A stretch of DNA of 61,579 nt, counting the filler. It is 9 parts of 9 records of this genome, joined end to end, with 100 filler letters (N's around TTAATTAATTAA, not from the genome) between each part and the next. Parts side by side here need not be neighbours in the genome. Positions count along the whole stretch, not along the records: positions 4,355 to 17,175 come from SRR7504441_359; positions 17,276 to 20,342 come from SRR7504441_360; positions 20,443 to 24,362 come from SRR7504441_362; 6 more parts are not named here. One strand, given 5' to 3'. Of the stretch, positions 10,477 through 20,894 are shown piece by piece; position 1 is the first letter of the stretch, and each line of letters starts with the position of its first letter. The notes below the pieces were generated by a model. The model had not been told where the DNA came from. It saw nothing but the letters and a program-made list of their open reading frames with translations, and did not search any database. The position numbers were made by a program, and so were the translations under genes.

Positions 10477-13119
10477 ATGGGCAAACCCAAGTTCACCTCG
10501 AGCCCGACCCGGCACACCCAGATCCTGGTCGGCGGCCGGCTGCCCCTCCCGCAGCCGGCCAGCCCGCCCCCGACCCGCAGCCAGCGCCCGCCGAACAGTG
10601 AGCCGCCCGCCGCCCGCCGCCGCTCAGCCGTGCGGACAGCTGCCAAGGTGGCCAGCCCGGATCAGGTGGAGCTGCCGGACGGCTCGCTGCTGCCCAGGCT
10701 GTCCGCCATCCGGGACCCAGCTGGGTACGTCCGACAGCCGGCCTCGGCCGCCCACCAGGCCTCAGAGGCAGTCAAGCTGCAGCAGGCCCGTGCCGACGTG
10801 CTGTTCCGGAAGACCGGCTCGGAGCAGCTGGTGTGCAACCGGACCAATGTGCCGCCGCACCGGGCGCGCACCAGCCCTGGGCTCAAGCCGGGCGATCCGC
10901 GGGTGGAGCAGCTGGTGGCTGGGATGCAGCGATACCGACTGGTCCCTCCGCTCCCGGAAGAACAGTCCGAGGCTTCGGAGGTGGCCCAGCCGAGCTCTTA
11001 GGGTTAGGGTTAGGGCCCAGCCGAGTGAGCGCGGGGGCAGGAGTCGCTCGAGTCGCGGTTCAGGGGGCTGCATGATTCGTACTCAACCAGCATGACGCTA
11101 GTGCCGGACCTGGATAGGGATGGGCTGAGTGTAGTGGACACAGAATTCCACCAAGTACAGAGGGTAAAGATGGTCCAAATGCGAGAGCCACCTCAGGGCA
11201 AACGGAGCGATGCTCACCGGCTAGCTTGTGCACTGGATGACACGCTGCGCTGGGTGTGGGGTGGAGGGGTGGAGGGAAGTAGCAATCAGTTCTCCAAAGC
11301 CAAGGAAGTGATCGAGCTGGCCATGGTGGAGCTCGCGGGCCAGATCAGCGTCTCATGCGTGGATCATGGGCTGCTCTTGAACGAGATGTTTGCACAGCAC
11401 TCAGGCCTGCAGCAGCTGTCATTGGAGAGGATGAATGAGCTTGAGACACTGCGCGACCAGCTCAAAGCCAAAATAAAGAAGCTCAACGAGCAGATAGAAG
11501 CAATGCATTCTGATGCCAAATTGTTCAAGCGGGAAATAAGGCTGTTTGATGATACCGTGCATCAAATGATTGCCGAGGTGATAGCCCTCCAAAAGGAGAT
11601 CAGTGCGCTGGAACGTCGCAAGGACGAACAGGAACAAGAGTATGCTGTCCTCCGCCAATCGCACATACAGACAATCGAAGAAATTGGGTCTTACAAGGTC
11701 AAACTAGAGCTCAAAGAGAAGTCAAGGCAACAGTACATCATAGAGAATAAGAACCTGCATGGACTGATTGAAAAGCAGCAGCAGGAAATTGATAGACTGA
11801 ATGCAACCATTCATGACGCCCGTGAGATTCAAAGCGATGCTCAAGCCAGGATGAATCTTCAAAATGAGGAGAGTGGACTTGTCCAAGCAGAAATGGAAGC
11901 CCAGATCTCAGACTTGCAAGCTGAAATCAGTGGTTGGAAAGCAAAGGAGCTTGAATACCAAAGCACAATAAGTGCCCTACGCAAGAGGGCTGCAAAGGCC
12001 GAAAAGCAACTACAGATTGAGAAATCAAAGAAGCCTACTACTACCTTTGTCCAGCAGCTTGATGCCCCAAAGGAAGAAGAAAATGAGGGTGACGCTGAGC
12101 CTGAGAAGCTGGTGCTCACATCTAGTGACGATGAATATGATGACCTGAATGACTCCCGTCAGATGGTTGATGTTGCTCTGTTAAAAGAGTCTCAGCAAGA
12201 AGTAGCTCAACTGCAGGTCAGTCTAGTGCAAACACAGGAACAAGTTGAGAGATGTGTGATGGAGCTCGAGCGGGCAATCACTGCATTTGAGCATTCCGAA
12301 TTCAAATCCATGAAAAACCAACGTGAGTTGGGTGATTATGAAAAGGTTATCGCCCTCTTGCAAGTTCAAATCACAAAGATGGAGGAGACTGGCCAGGAGA
12401 TGTTTATGAACAGTGGCATGGCAGAATCTGTCAACGATGAAATGCACACAAAAGTGGCTGATGCACAGAAGGTAGCCGAGGAAATGATGGAGCAAGCAAA
12501 GATTCTTGCAGCTCAGCTGAAGGAGGAAAAGAAACTGGCTGAAGAGTCGCTGAAGCATGCAAAAACAGAGGCAGACAAGATTGCTGCTGCGCAACATTTA
12601 AATAATTTAGCAGGCAAAGAAGCAAATCTGAACAGAGCAAAGGCTAAAGCTGCGGAGAAGCAGGCATTTGCTCAGAACATGGCAGAAAATGAAGCCATTA
12701 TGGCTCGTGAGCGAGCCATGCAAGCTGCAGCTTTACAGCGTGCTATTCATGCCGAGACAGCAGCTGCAGAAGCAATACGAAATGCGGAGCAAAGGATTTC
12801 TGCAGCAAAGAGCGAAGAGGAGCGTAAGGCGGCAGCCGACGCCATGGACAGCGCCAGAGCACTCCAAGCCAATGTAGCAACCGAGCAGAGAAAGATGAAA
12901 GAGGTTCACGATGGGCTTGCTCTGGAAGCGAAATCGAGGGCAAGGCGATCTGAATCTGAGGCTGAGAAGCTGCGCGCATCAGCCCAGGTAGCACTGGAAC
13001 AAGCCAACTCTGAAGAGGAGAAGCAAGCTGCCAGCCGTTTGTTTTCTCAAGCGGAACAGGCCCAGAAAACAGCTGAGCTTGCAACCAAACGCATACAAGA
13101 GCTTATAGGGACATATTAG
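10477..13119 (+). CDS. Large coiled-coil protein with an axonemal dynein light chain (p28/AXDND1-like) domain
   Basis: A 60-nt GT-AG intron (10981-11040) joins the two ORFs in frame; VELAGQISVSCVDHGLLL resembles the p28 signature ELIRQVTIxCxERGLLL; about 550 aa of coiled coil follow. Confidence 0.6.
10998..11015 (+). repeat. Interstitial telomeric tract (TTAGGG)3 inside an intron
   Basis: TTAGGGTTAGGGTTAGGG, with GGCCCAGCCGAG at 10983-10994 and again at 11014-11025. Confidence 0.85.
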
Positions 13120-13350
13120 ACAGCAAGCCACCAGAAAGCAACATTCCCATCGAGGCTGCTCCCATTCTCACAGAGGAGTCGGCATCAAAGGTCGAGCCTA
13201 CAAGCGGAAGGGTCATAGAACCACGAGAGTATAGGACCATGGCAGCATTCGTCAGAACTATGACATTAGCTCCGACTCGCTCGGTGTAAATGAGAGGATT
13301 AAAAATAACATCATATATGTTCAAACAAAGCTTTATATATTGCTGCGTTA

Positions 13351-14268
13351 TCACGCTTCTTTGGACGCGACGTTTCTTAATTTGCGAACAAGCCAGCTGA
13401 TCGGTCCATCTAGCGTCTCTATATCTGTATCGTCGCAAGCGAGCGCCCCGAGATCGGAGACTTTGTCCTCGATCAGTGAGAGCGCCAGCTTGACTTCGGT
13501 GCACACCACCCGGCACAGTTTCCTGAATTCTTCGTCGGTTTGGCCAGGCTTCCTCAGGCTGTGCGCGCCGTTGAGCAGCACCACCGCTGGCACCAGTCCG
13601 ATCGCTTTGTGCCTGGCCAGCTCCTCGAGCAGCTTGGTGTACAGCTGCTCGTCCTCCAGCATCAGCCTGCCGCACCAGCTCGCTCGGCCCGCCCGGCCCA
13701 GCTCCACCGGTATTCTTCCCCCGCCCGCTCCAGCCTGTCTGCCCCAATCACTAGCACCACCTGCCCCGGCCGCTGGCTTTGCCCGCACCGCACCGCACCG
13801 CCTGAAACGCACCGCCAGCGAAGCTGGTCAGCTGCTCGCAGCTGCCCGGCTGGAGCAGCGCGCTCAGCTCCACCTCGTAGCTATTTATGGGCAGCTGCCC
13901 CCCGATCGGCTCGGCTGTCCCCCCGATCGGGTCGCACCGGCTCGGTCGGGTTCTTAGGCTCCGGCTCGACTCGCGGGAGCGCGTCCACCGCCACGGTGCC
14001 GCATGGCCCGAACGGAATCGGCTCCGACTTCTGGCCGTTGCCGCAGCTGCCCCGAGCTCAGCCCGATCCAGGGGGGCAGTCGCCGCTCGACCAGCTTTAA
14101 CATCAGCTCGGGACGGCGGTCGATCGGGCGGCCGACCACCAGCAGCTTGCGGGTCTTAATTACCTTGGTGAAGCCCGAGGCTCCGGCCACCTCCGTCTCG
14201 TGCACGATCTCCTGTTTGGGCGCTGCCGGCGGGTCACCCAGCTCCTCCTCCGAGATCGCGCAGCCCAT
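13351..14268 (-). CDS. Putatively N-acylated, degenerate Arf/Arl-like protein
   Basis: MGCAIS start; spliced model gives KLLVVG..., AFQA-VVLVIGADRLERAGEEYR-LMLEDEQL..VPAVVLLN..GPISWLVRKL, following the Arf secondary-structure order without intact G boxes. Confidence 0.45.
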
Positions 14269-14347
14269 CGTGGGTTACGGCGGTTTGTCCGTTGTAAAAC
14301 TGGGGTGAGGTGCGGAGAACCGAGAAGTGATGTCAGCGCGGCGGGGA

Positions 14348-16909
14348 ATGCCAATGGCCGCAGTAGGCCGGGAGTGGCTGCTGCTGTGCCTGTGTGCCCT
14401 GTCGGCGCTGGGGTGCGGTCCAGAGCCGGAGGCCGGGCCGGCACTGGCGGCGCTCCACTCGGGTCTAGAGCGGCTGGTGGCCGATCACTCCCCGGCTGCC
14501 CGCCCGCCGATTGACCGGCTCCTCCGGGCGGTGCGCGGCCGGCTGCCCGACACGTGCCTGGCGCTCAACCTGGCCGCCCCGCCGGGACAGGCCGGACTGG
14601 CCAGCGCCGCGGCCGAGCTGGTGGCGGGTGAGCTGTGGGCCGGCGAGCTGGTGAGGCTGGACGGGCGGAGGCTGGGCGAGCCCGAGCTCGAGCAGGCCGA
14701 GCGCCGGCTGGCCGAGTGCCCCGGGGCGGTGCTGGTGGAGCACGCCGAGCTGGCCGAGAGTCGACTGCTCGAGCGGCTGGTGGCCGGGCCGGGCCGGGCG
14801 GCGCTGCTCGTGTCGGAGTTGCCGGGGGGCAAGCCGCTGCGCGAAGCTCAGAAACTTTGGCCCACCTCGCTCACCAAGGCGATCAAGCACCACATCCGGT
14901 TCCCGGGGCCGGCCCAGCCGGCTGAGCGCTGCTGGGCGGCCGACCAGCCACTGAGCGACGGCCCGCCCCAGCTGGATAGCCTGCCGTTCGTCGGGCAGCG
15001 TGCGGCAGTCAACACGATCGTGGAGGCGGTCAAGGCGCACAGCTGGCCGATGCGGCTGGGGACCGCCCCGCTGGTGCTGCTGCTTCTCGGGCCGCCCGGC
15101 ACCGGCAAGACCGAGCTGGCCAGGTGCGCTGGCCCGCTCGAGGCGGCTGACCCGAGCGCAGGCTGCTGGCGGCCGCGGTGCACAACTGCAGCAAGAACGA
15201 GCTCTACCAGCCGCCCCGCCGTTTGGTCGAGTTCCCGATGGGCCAGGCGGCCGGCCGCTCGGCCAGGCTGACTGGCTGGGCAGTTCCAAGAGGAGCACTC
15301 GGTGGCGTCGCTGTTTGGCTCACCGCAAGGGTACGCGGGCGAGCGGGGCCAGCTGTCCGGAGCGCTGATCGACCGGCCGGAGGCTGTGGTGCTGCTGGAC
15401 GAGATGGAGAAGGCCCACCCGCTGGCGCTGCCCAAGGCGCTGCTGGCTCCGTTTGACCAGGACGGTGCTATCAAGGACACCAAGAGCGGCGTGAGCGTGC
15501 CGACCGCCAAGGCAATCTTCGTGATGACCTCCAACTTGGGCGAGCAGCTGGTCCTCCAGGCCCAGCCGGAGCTACGCCGAGCGGCCAGCCCGGCAGCCCG
15601 TGCCGCGGTCGAGCAGCGGGTGTACCGGCAGGTGCAGCAACTGCTAGAAAGCCCGAGGCTGCCGGACGGCTCTTTCAACCTGTTTGGACAGAAGGCGTTC
15701 AGAGACCGGCTCTACCACCAGCCGACCGAGCAGCCATGGCCATTCGTGCTGTTCTTCCCGTACCGGCCGGAGGAGGTGGAGCAGGTGGCCGAGCTGTGGA
15801 TGGAGCAGCGGGCGAGGAGCTACTGGCGAAGCCACAAGATCGAGCTCTGCTGGCAGAAGCGGCTGCTGGCCAAGTTTGGGGCGGTGTACGAGCGGCAAGC
15901 GGCGGCGGCTGAGGGGGCTGGGCTGCGCAAGATGCGGCAGGTGATGAACCACCAGCTGGACAGCGCCATCCGACTCGGGTGCTCGCTCGGGCAGCGAGCT
16001 AAGCTCTCGATAAGACTGGACGCCCACGGTGAGCTGGTCTGCGTGATGGCCAACAGCACCGACCACTCCTGCCCAGCACAATCGCCGGAGAGCCTGCCCG
16101 ATGGCCAGCCGGATAGCCCGGCCCAGCCTGATAGCCAGCAGCAGCCTTTGGTGCCTGCCAGCGAGCCACAGCCAGCCAGCGAGCCACAGCCAACGAGCCA
16201 GCAGCAGCCAATGACCCAGCAGCAGCCAACAAGCCAGCAGCAGCCAACGAGCCAGCAGCAGCCAATGAGCCAGCAGCAGCCAACGAGACAGCAGCAGCCT
16301 GCCGGCCAGCAGGAGCCTGCCGGCCAGCAGGAGCAAGAGGCCGAGAGTGTGGCGGCCGAGGCGGTTGAGCTGCTGCTGGGGCTCGGGCTGGTGCTGCTCC
16401 CGGCGGTGCTGCTCAGCTACTCAGTGCTCGCGCTGCTGCTCCCAGCTGTGCTGCTCAAGCTGCTCGTGGGGCTCGCCCTGGTTGGAGCGGCCGTGACCTG
16501 CTGGCTGTGGCCGCGGCTGGCCCAACTGGGCTATCAGGCGCTCCGGATGGTCGGTGGGGCGATCGTCGGACTGATCGGGTACCGCTGGAGCCTGGCTGGG
16601 CTGGCGGCGGTGCTGTATATCCTGGAGAGCGAGTGGAGGCGGCGGCCGGACAACGGCCGGCTGGCGGAGGAGAACAGGCGGCTCAGGGGGCAACTCGAGC
16701 TGCTGCAGGCCCGGCTCGAGGGCATAGAGCGCGCGCTGACCGAGGCCAAAGCCGTCGAGGCCAGCCAGAGGCAGGTCTCCGCGCTGCTAGGCCGACAAGT
16801 GCAGCGACTCGAGCTGGCGTTGGCCTCCGTCCAGCCGCCCGAGCCGGAGGCCCCAGCACCGGATCCCCCGTCAGAGACCCCCGCGGCCGAAGAAGAGGCT
16901 CAAGCTTAG
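14348..16909 (+). CDS. ClpB/Skd3/torsin-like AAA+ ATPase with signal peptide and C-terminal transmembrane segments
   Basis: Hydrophobic leader WLLLCLCALSALGC; VGQRAAV; Walker A GPPGTGKTELAR; MGQ-FQEEHSVASLFGSPQGYAG; Walker B VVLLDEMEKAHP; IFVMTSNLG. Introns 15124-15161 (GT-AG) and 15247-15283 (GC-AG). Confidence 0.85.
16155..16330 (+). repeat. Coding 18-nt tandem repeat (PASEPQ / PTSQQQ / PAGQQE hexapeptides)
   Basis: About ten degenerate units forming a linker between the AAA+ domain and the membrane region. Confidence 0.85.
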
Positions 16910-17175
16910 CTGCCACAATTGTTACCATTGAATAAATGAAGCCTTTTGATACATTACCCATGACCATTTCTGGGCCGGTCTCGAGACCCGGAGACCCGTC
17001 CGAAGCGATGGTTAAGACTAGGTTAATAAGACCCGTCCGCTCGCCCAGAATCGGGGCCTTCAACCGTTCTCCGCCGACCCGAGCTAGACCCTCGGAGCAA
17101 GTCCGAGAGCCAGTGCTAGCGAGCCAGACGACCGACGAAGTGTTCCAGAGTTGTAAATCGTTTTAATGATTAATT

Positions 17176-17275
17176 NNNNNNNNNNNNNNNNNNNNNNNNN
17201 NNNNNNNNNNNNNNNNNNNTTAATTAATTAANNNNNNNNNNNNNNNNNNNNNNNNNNNNNNNNNNNNNNNNNNNN
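17176..17275. other. Artificial contig linker
   Basis: N44-TTAATTAATTAA-N44. Confidence 0.99.
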
Positions 17276-18424
17276 CTTGGCCGCGTTCAGCTGCTCGGCC
17301 AGGCTGGAGCTCGACAGCGCAAGCCATGAGATCAAAAGCAGCAGCAGTGCGCTGCTCCCTTCGCTGTCCAGCCGGTTCGGATCGGCCCCGGCCTCGAGCA
17401 GCAGCCGCATCGGCTCGGCGGCCCGGTGCTCGGCCGCTAGCATTAGCGGGCTCTTGCCATCGCCCGGCCGCGGAAGCTCACAGCCCGCGTTCGCCTCGAG
17501 CAGCGCCCGCACAAGCTCGGTGTGCCCCGCCGCAAGGTGCAGGCAGCCCGGCTGGTCGCCCGGCTCCTGACTCAGCTCCGCGTGCCGCAGCGCCGCTCGC
17601 AGGCATCCGGCGGCGCCTGCGGTGCAAGCCGCCCTGCACGCTGCTAGCACTCTGGTTTGGTCGGGCCGCCCGTGAAGCTCTATGCAGCGGAGCAACTGCT
17701 CGGTCACCGCCTGGTCGCCCAGCCGGCACGACAGCTCGAGAGCCGACTCGCCGCCCGGGCCCTCGGCGGTCGGATCTGCCCCGGCTTGACAGAGCATTGC
17801 CAGCTCGGTGGTCCGGTCCTCGTGCACAGCCCAAAGCAGCGCCGACCGGCCATCCTTCCGGCCGTGATCCGGCTTGGCCTTGTGGTCGAGCAGCAGCTGC
17901 AGCGCCGCCTGGTGCCCCCCGGCCGCCGCCTCGACCACCGGCGAGCTGAAGTCCGGTGCGGCAGACTCGGGGGACGCCTTGGCCTCTAGCAGCAGCTGCA
18001 CCACCTCCGGCTTGCCAGTCCGAGCCGCCCGGGCCAGCGGGGTCAGCCCATCCGGCCCGAGCCTCCCCAGGGCCGGCCCGGCCTCGATGACCGCGGCCAC
18101 AACCTCCGGATGCCCGCCTATCAGCGCCGTGTCCAGAACGGTGCCGCCGTTGAGGGTCGGGCGGTCCACCGGGAGCTGGGCGAGCAGCCGCCGCACCTCG
18201 TCCGGTCGGCGCTGGCAGACGGCCTGGTCCAGGAGCGCCGAGAGCTGGCAGTGGTCGCAGACGCGCTTTGGCTCCCTGTGGAAGGGCAGAGTGGTCCGTG
18301 TTTGAGAGCAATCGTCGCAGACCGAGGCCCCGCAGGCCTTGCAGTGCTTGAGCCAGGTGAGCATCCCGAACCCAACCCCGCAGCACTGGCAGCTCGCCGC
18401 ATCCGGAAGGTACCTCACGGCCAT
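17276..18424 (-). CDS. FYVE-type zinc finger plus ankyrin-repeat protein, 3' truncated
   Basis: Eight-Cys finger (CQCC..HCKACGASVCDDCS..KRVCDHC); ankyrin repeats GLTPLARAARTGKPEVVQLLLEAKA and GKSPLMLAAEH..LLLEAGADPN. Confidence 0.88.
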
Positions 18425-18494
18425 CCCCGCGCCTTTAGGGTTAGGCTATCCCCGCCCTTTGGCCAAGCAGAGAGCCGCAGATCGTCCCAATTTA

Positions 18495-18514
18495 TAACGG
18501 CCCCATCATAACGG
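18495..18514 (+). promoter_or_regulatory. Tandem TAACGG (Myb/MSA-like) sites in a divergent promoter; representative of a motif recurring upstream of many genes
   Basis: TAACGG at 18495-18500 and 18509-18514; the same YAACGG core lies in most other short divergent gaps (see findings). Confidence 0.55.
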
Positions 18515-18641
18515 ATTACCGATTACGGAAGCGTGGTTGCTGGTTGCCCTTCAGAGGACGCTGTGTGGCGCCTGCTGCTAGGTAGCGGTCTGTGCTAGAT
18601 AGCAGCAGCAGCGCCTGGGTCTGTGCTCTAGAGACAGCGGG

Positions 18642-20287
18642 ATGGAGAAGTATGTCAAGCTTGGGCGGCTGGGGGCTGGAGGTTTCGGGGAAGTATTTGT
18701 GGTGCGGGCGGCCAGCGGGGGCAAGAAGCTGGTGTGTAAGGCGGTGGCGATCGGGGAGCTGTCGGAAGAGGAGCGGGCCAAGGCGTTCGAGGAGGCCAAG
18801 ATGCTCCGCGGACTCAACCATCCGAATATAATTAGGTTCCACGAGTTTTTCGAAGCAAAGAGCACGCTGTACATTATCATGGACTACGCAGCCGGCGGCG
18901 ATCTGGCTGGCCAGATCTCGCGGGCGGCGGCGGAGGGGGCCAGGCTGGGCGAGGGCGAGCTGTGCTGCTGGCTGGTCCAGGCACTGCTCGGGCTAAAGTA
19001 TCTGCACGACCTGCGGATCATCCACCGGGACATCAAGCCGGCCAACGTCTTTCTCTCCTCGAACGGAATCGTCAAGCTGGGCGACTTCGGGATTGTGAGC
19101 CCCCGCCCCCGGCCTGGCCGACCGGCGGACAGGCCACTGTGCTGGCCACCTCCCGGGCGTACGCGCGCACCCAGATCGGGACTCCGCTTTACCTGTCTCC
19201 CGAGGTTTGCAGCTCGAGCCGGTACGGGGAGTCTACAGATATCTGGTCGCTGGGGGTCTGCCTGCACGAGCTAATGGCGCTCCGGCCGCCGTTCAGCGGG
19301 GGGAGCATCCCGGAGCTGGTGGACAACATCCTGAGCAGCCCGCCCGGCCGAGTGGACGGGTACTCGCCTCAGCTGATGCTCTTGTGCCGGAAGATGCTTT
19401 CCAAGCGGCCGGGGGATAGGCCGACTGCAGCGCTGATCCTCAAGGGCAGCTGGGCCCAGCAGGTGATGGCGGGCTTCCTCCAGCGCCAGCACGAGCCCCT
19501 CCCGCCCACAGTACGGCTGCCAGAGCAGCACTCGCCGCAGCACTCGCCTGTTCAGCTGGAGTGGCAGCAGCGGCAGCAGGAGGCTGCGCGCAACCGGGAG
19601 CGCTGCCGGGACGAGCCGGCGCAGGAGCGGCCGATGTACGACTCGGTAGAGTTCGGGTATGACCAGCGGGCGGTGGTGCGGGCCGAGGCGGAGCGGCGGA
19701 AGCGCGAGCAGCAGGAGCAGCACAAGATTGAACTCGAACAGGCCAGGCGGGCCAACTGGCAGCACCGGCCGCAGCCCCAGCCGGCCAGGGAGCCGGCCAG
19801 GGAGCCAGCTAGGGAGCCGGCCAGGGAGCCGGCCAGGGAGCAGGCCGCTCCGCAGGCCGGGGAAAGCAGCCACGAGGCACTGCTGCGGAGGGCTAGAGAG
19901 GAGGCCTACAGAGAGCGAAAGGCGCTCGAGGCCAAGTACTGCGTGGAGCATGCCAGCCCCGCCAGCCCGGACGAGCTGACCAGCATGCTGCACACCATCC
20001 AGACCGAGCTGTTCCAGACCTGTGCCGAGCCCGTGCTCAGCATAGCCGGCGAACCAGTGCTAGACAGCAACGGGCTGCCCCCGGCCGGGCTGTGTGCAGG
20101 GCCCGGCGACTCGGACGCGGCCAAGCTGGAGGCGGTCCGGGCGGTGCTCGAGGAGGCGATGGGGATCGAGCTGCTGATCGAGGCCCACGGCTGGGCTGTG
20201 GCCGGGCAGCAGCCCGAGGGCGAGCTGGCGGATGGGTCGCTGGCCGAGCTATGGCCGCTGGTCCAGCTAGTGGCCCGGCACGACTAA
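18642..20287 (+). CDS. NIMA-related (NEK) Ser/Thr kinase
   Basis: MEKYVKLGRLGAGGFG, LVCK, HPNII, IIMDYAAGGDL, HRDIKPANVFL, DFGI-[38-nt GT-AG intron 19095-19132]-ATVL..TQIGTPLYLSPE, DIWSLG; tandem PARE repeats in the tail. Confidence 0.95.
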
Positions 20288-20342
20288 GTTCACAAGAGAG
20301 CACCCTGGTGTCTCAGTCGCACTAATAATCCGTGTTACGTGA

Positions 20343-20442
20343 NNNNNNNNNNNNNNNNNNNNNNNNNNNNNNNNNNNNNNNNNNNNTTAATTAATTAANN
20401 NNNNNNNNNNNNNNNNNNNNNNNNNNNNNNNNNNNNNNNNNN
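20343..20442. other. Artificial contig linker
   Basis: N44-TTAATTAATTAA-N44. Confidence 0.99.
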
Positions 20443-20894
20443 ATTCTCTAAAAGCAGCAGCATCCACGAGCTTTGATCACAGGGCAGTGCGATTTTTATA
20501 CTAAAATACGATGACTTCAAAGGCTTCAGATCAGTTCCAGTCATCGGCTAGTATTAGTTTTTAAATACTTACAATAAATCAGTCATTAGTTGGATTATTT
20601 GGGATGGTTGCACTGACTGTACTGACCAGCCGAGTAGTCAGTACTGTACGACCACTCGACTACATGATTAAATTTGAGTCATGTACGCAATAAAGATTTA
20701 GACTTTTACAGACTTTGTGATCAAGTGAGTAATGCAATTCATCTGCGTACATTTAGGTCCAAGCTTACGTCTCGGTAACATCTCAGGACTAACATGCATG
20801 GTTATGATCGCTTGGCAAATTTAAAACATTATTGTGAATTATTATCGATCGCCGAGGATCGAAATTACGAGGGGATACTCAGTCTAGAGCTAAA

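Noticed and set aside
9749-11095. Long overlapping ORFs (9749-11095, the 5' part of 30329-32023, 54985-55845 and many others) as overlapping genes
   Set aside because: They are stop-poor antisense or alternate frames expected in high-GC coding DNA and carry no recognisable motifs.
13100-13290. Protein-like continuation (DILDSKPPESNIP..) after the stop at 13119, and the frame switch near 48965, as programmed frameshifts
   Set aside because: No slippery heptamer or downstream structure seen; small indels near G runs in an error-prone assembly are more likely.
16155-19840. Short tandem repeats as CRISPR arrays or satellites
   Set aside because: The units are codon multiples inside eukaryotic CDSs, with no unique spacers and no cas genes.
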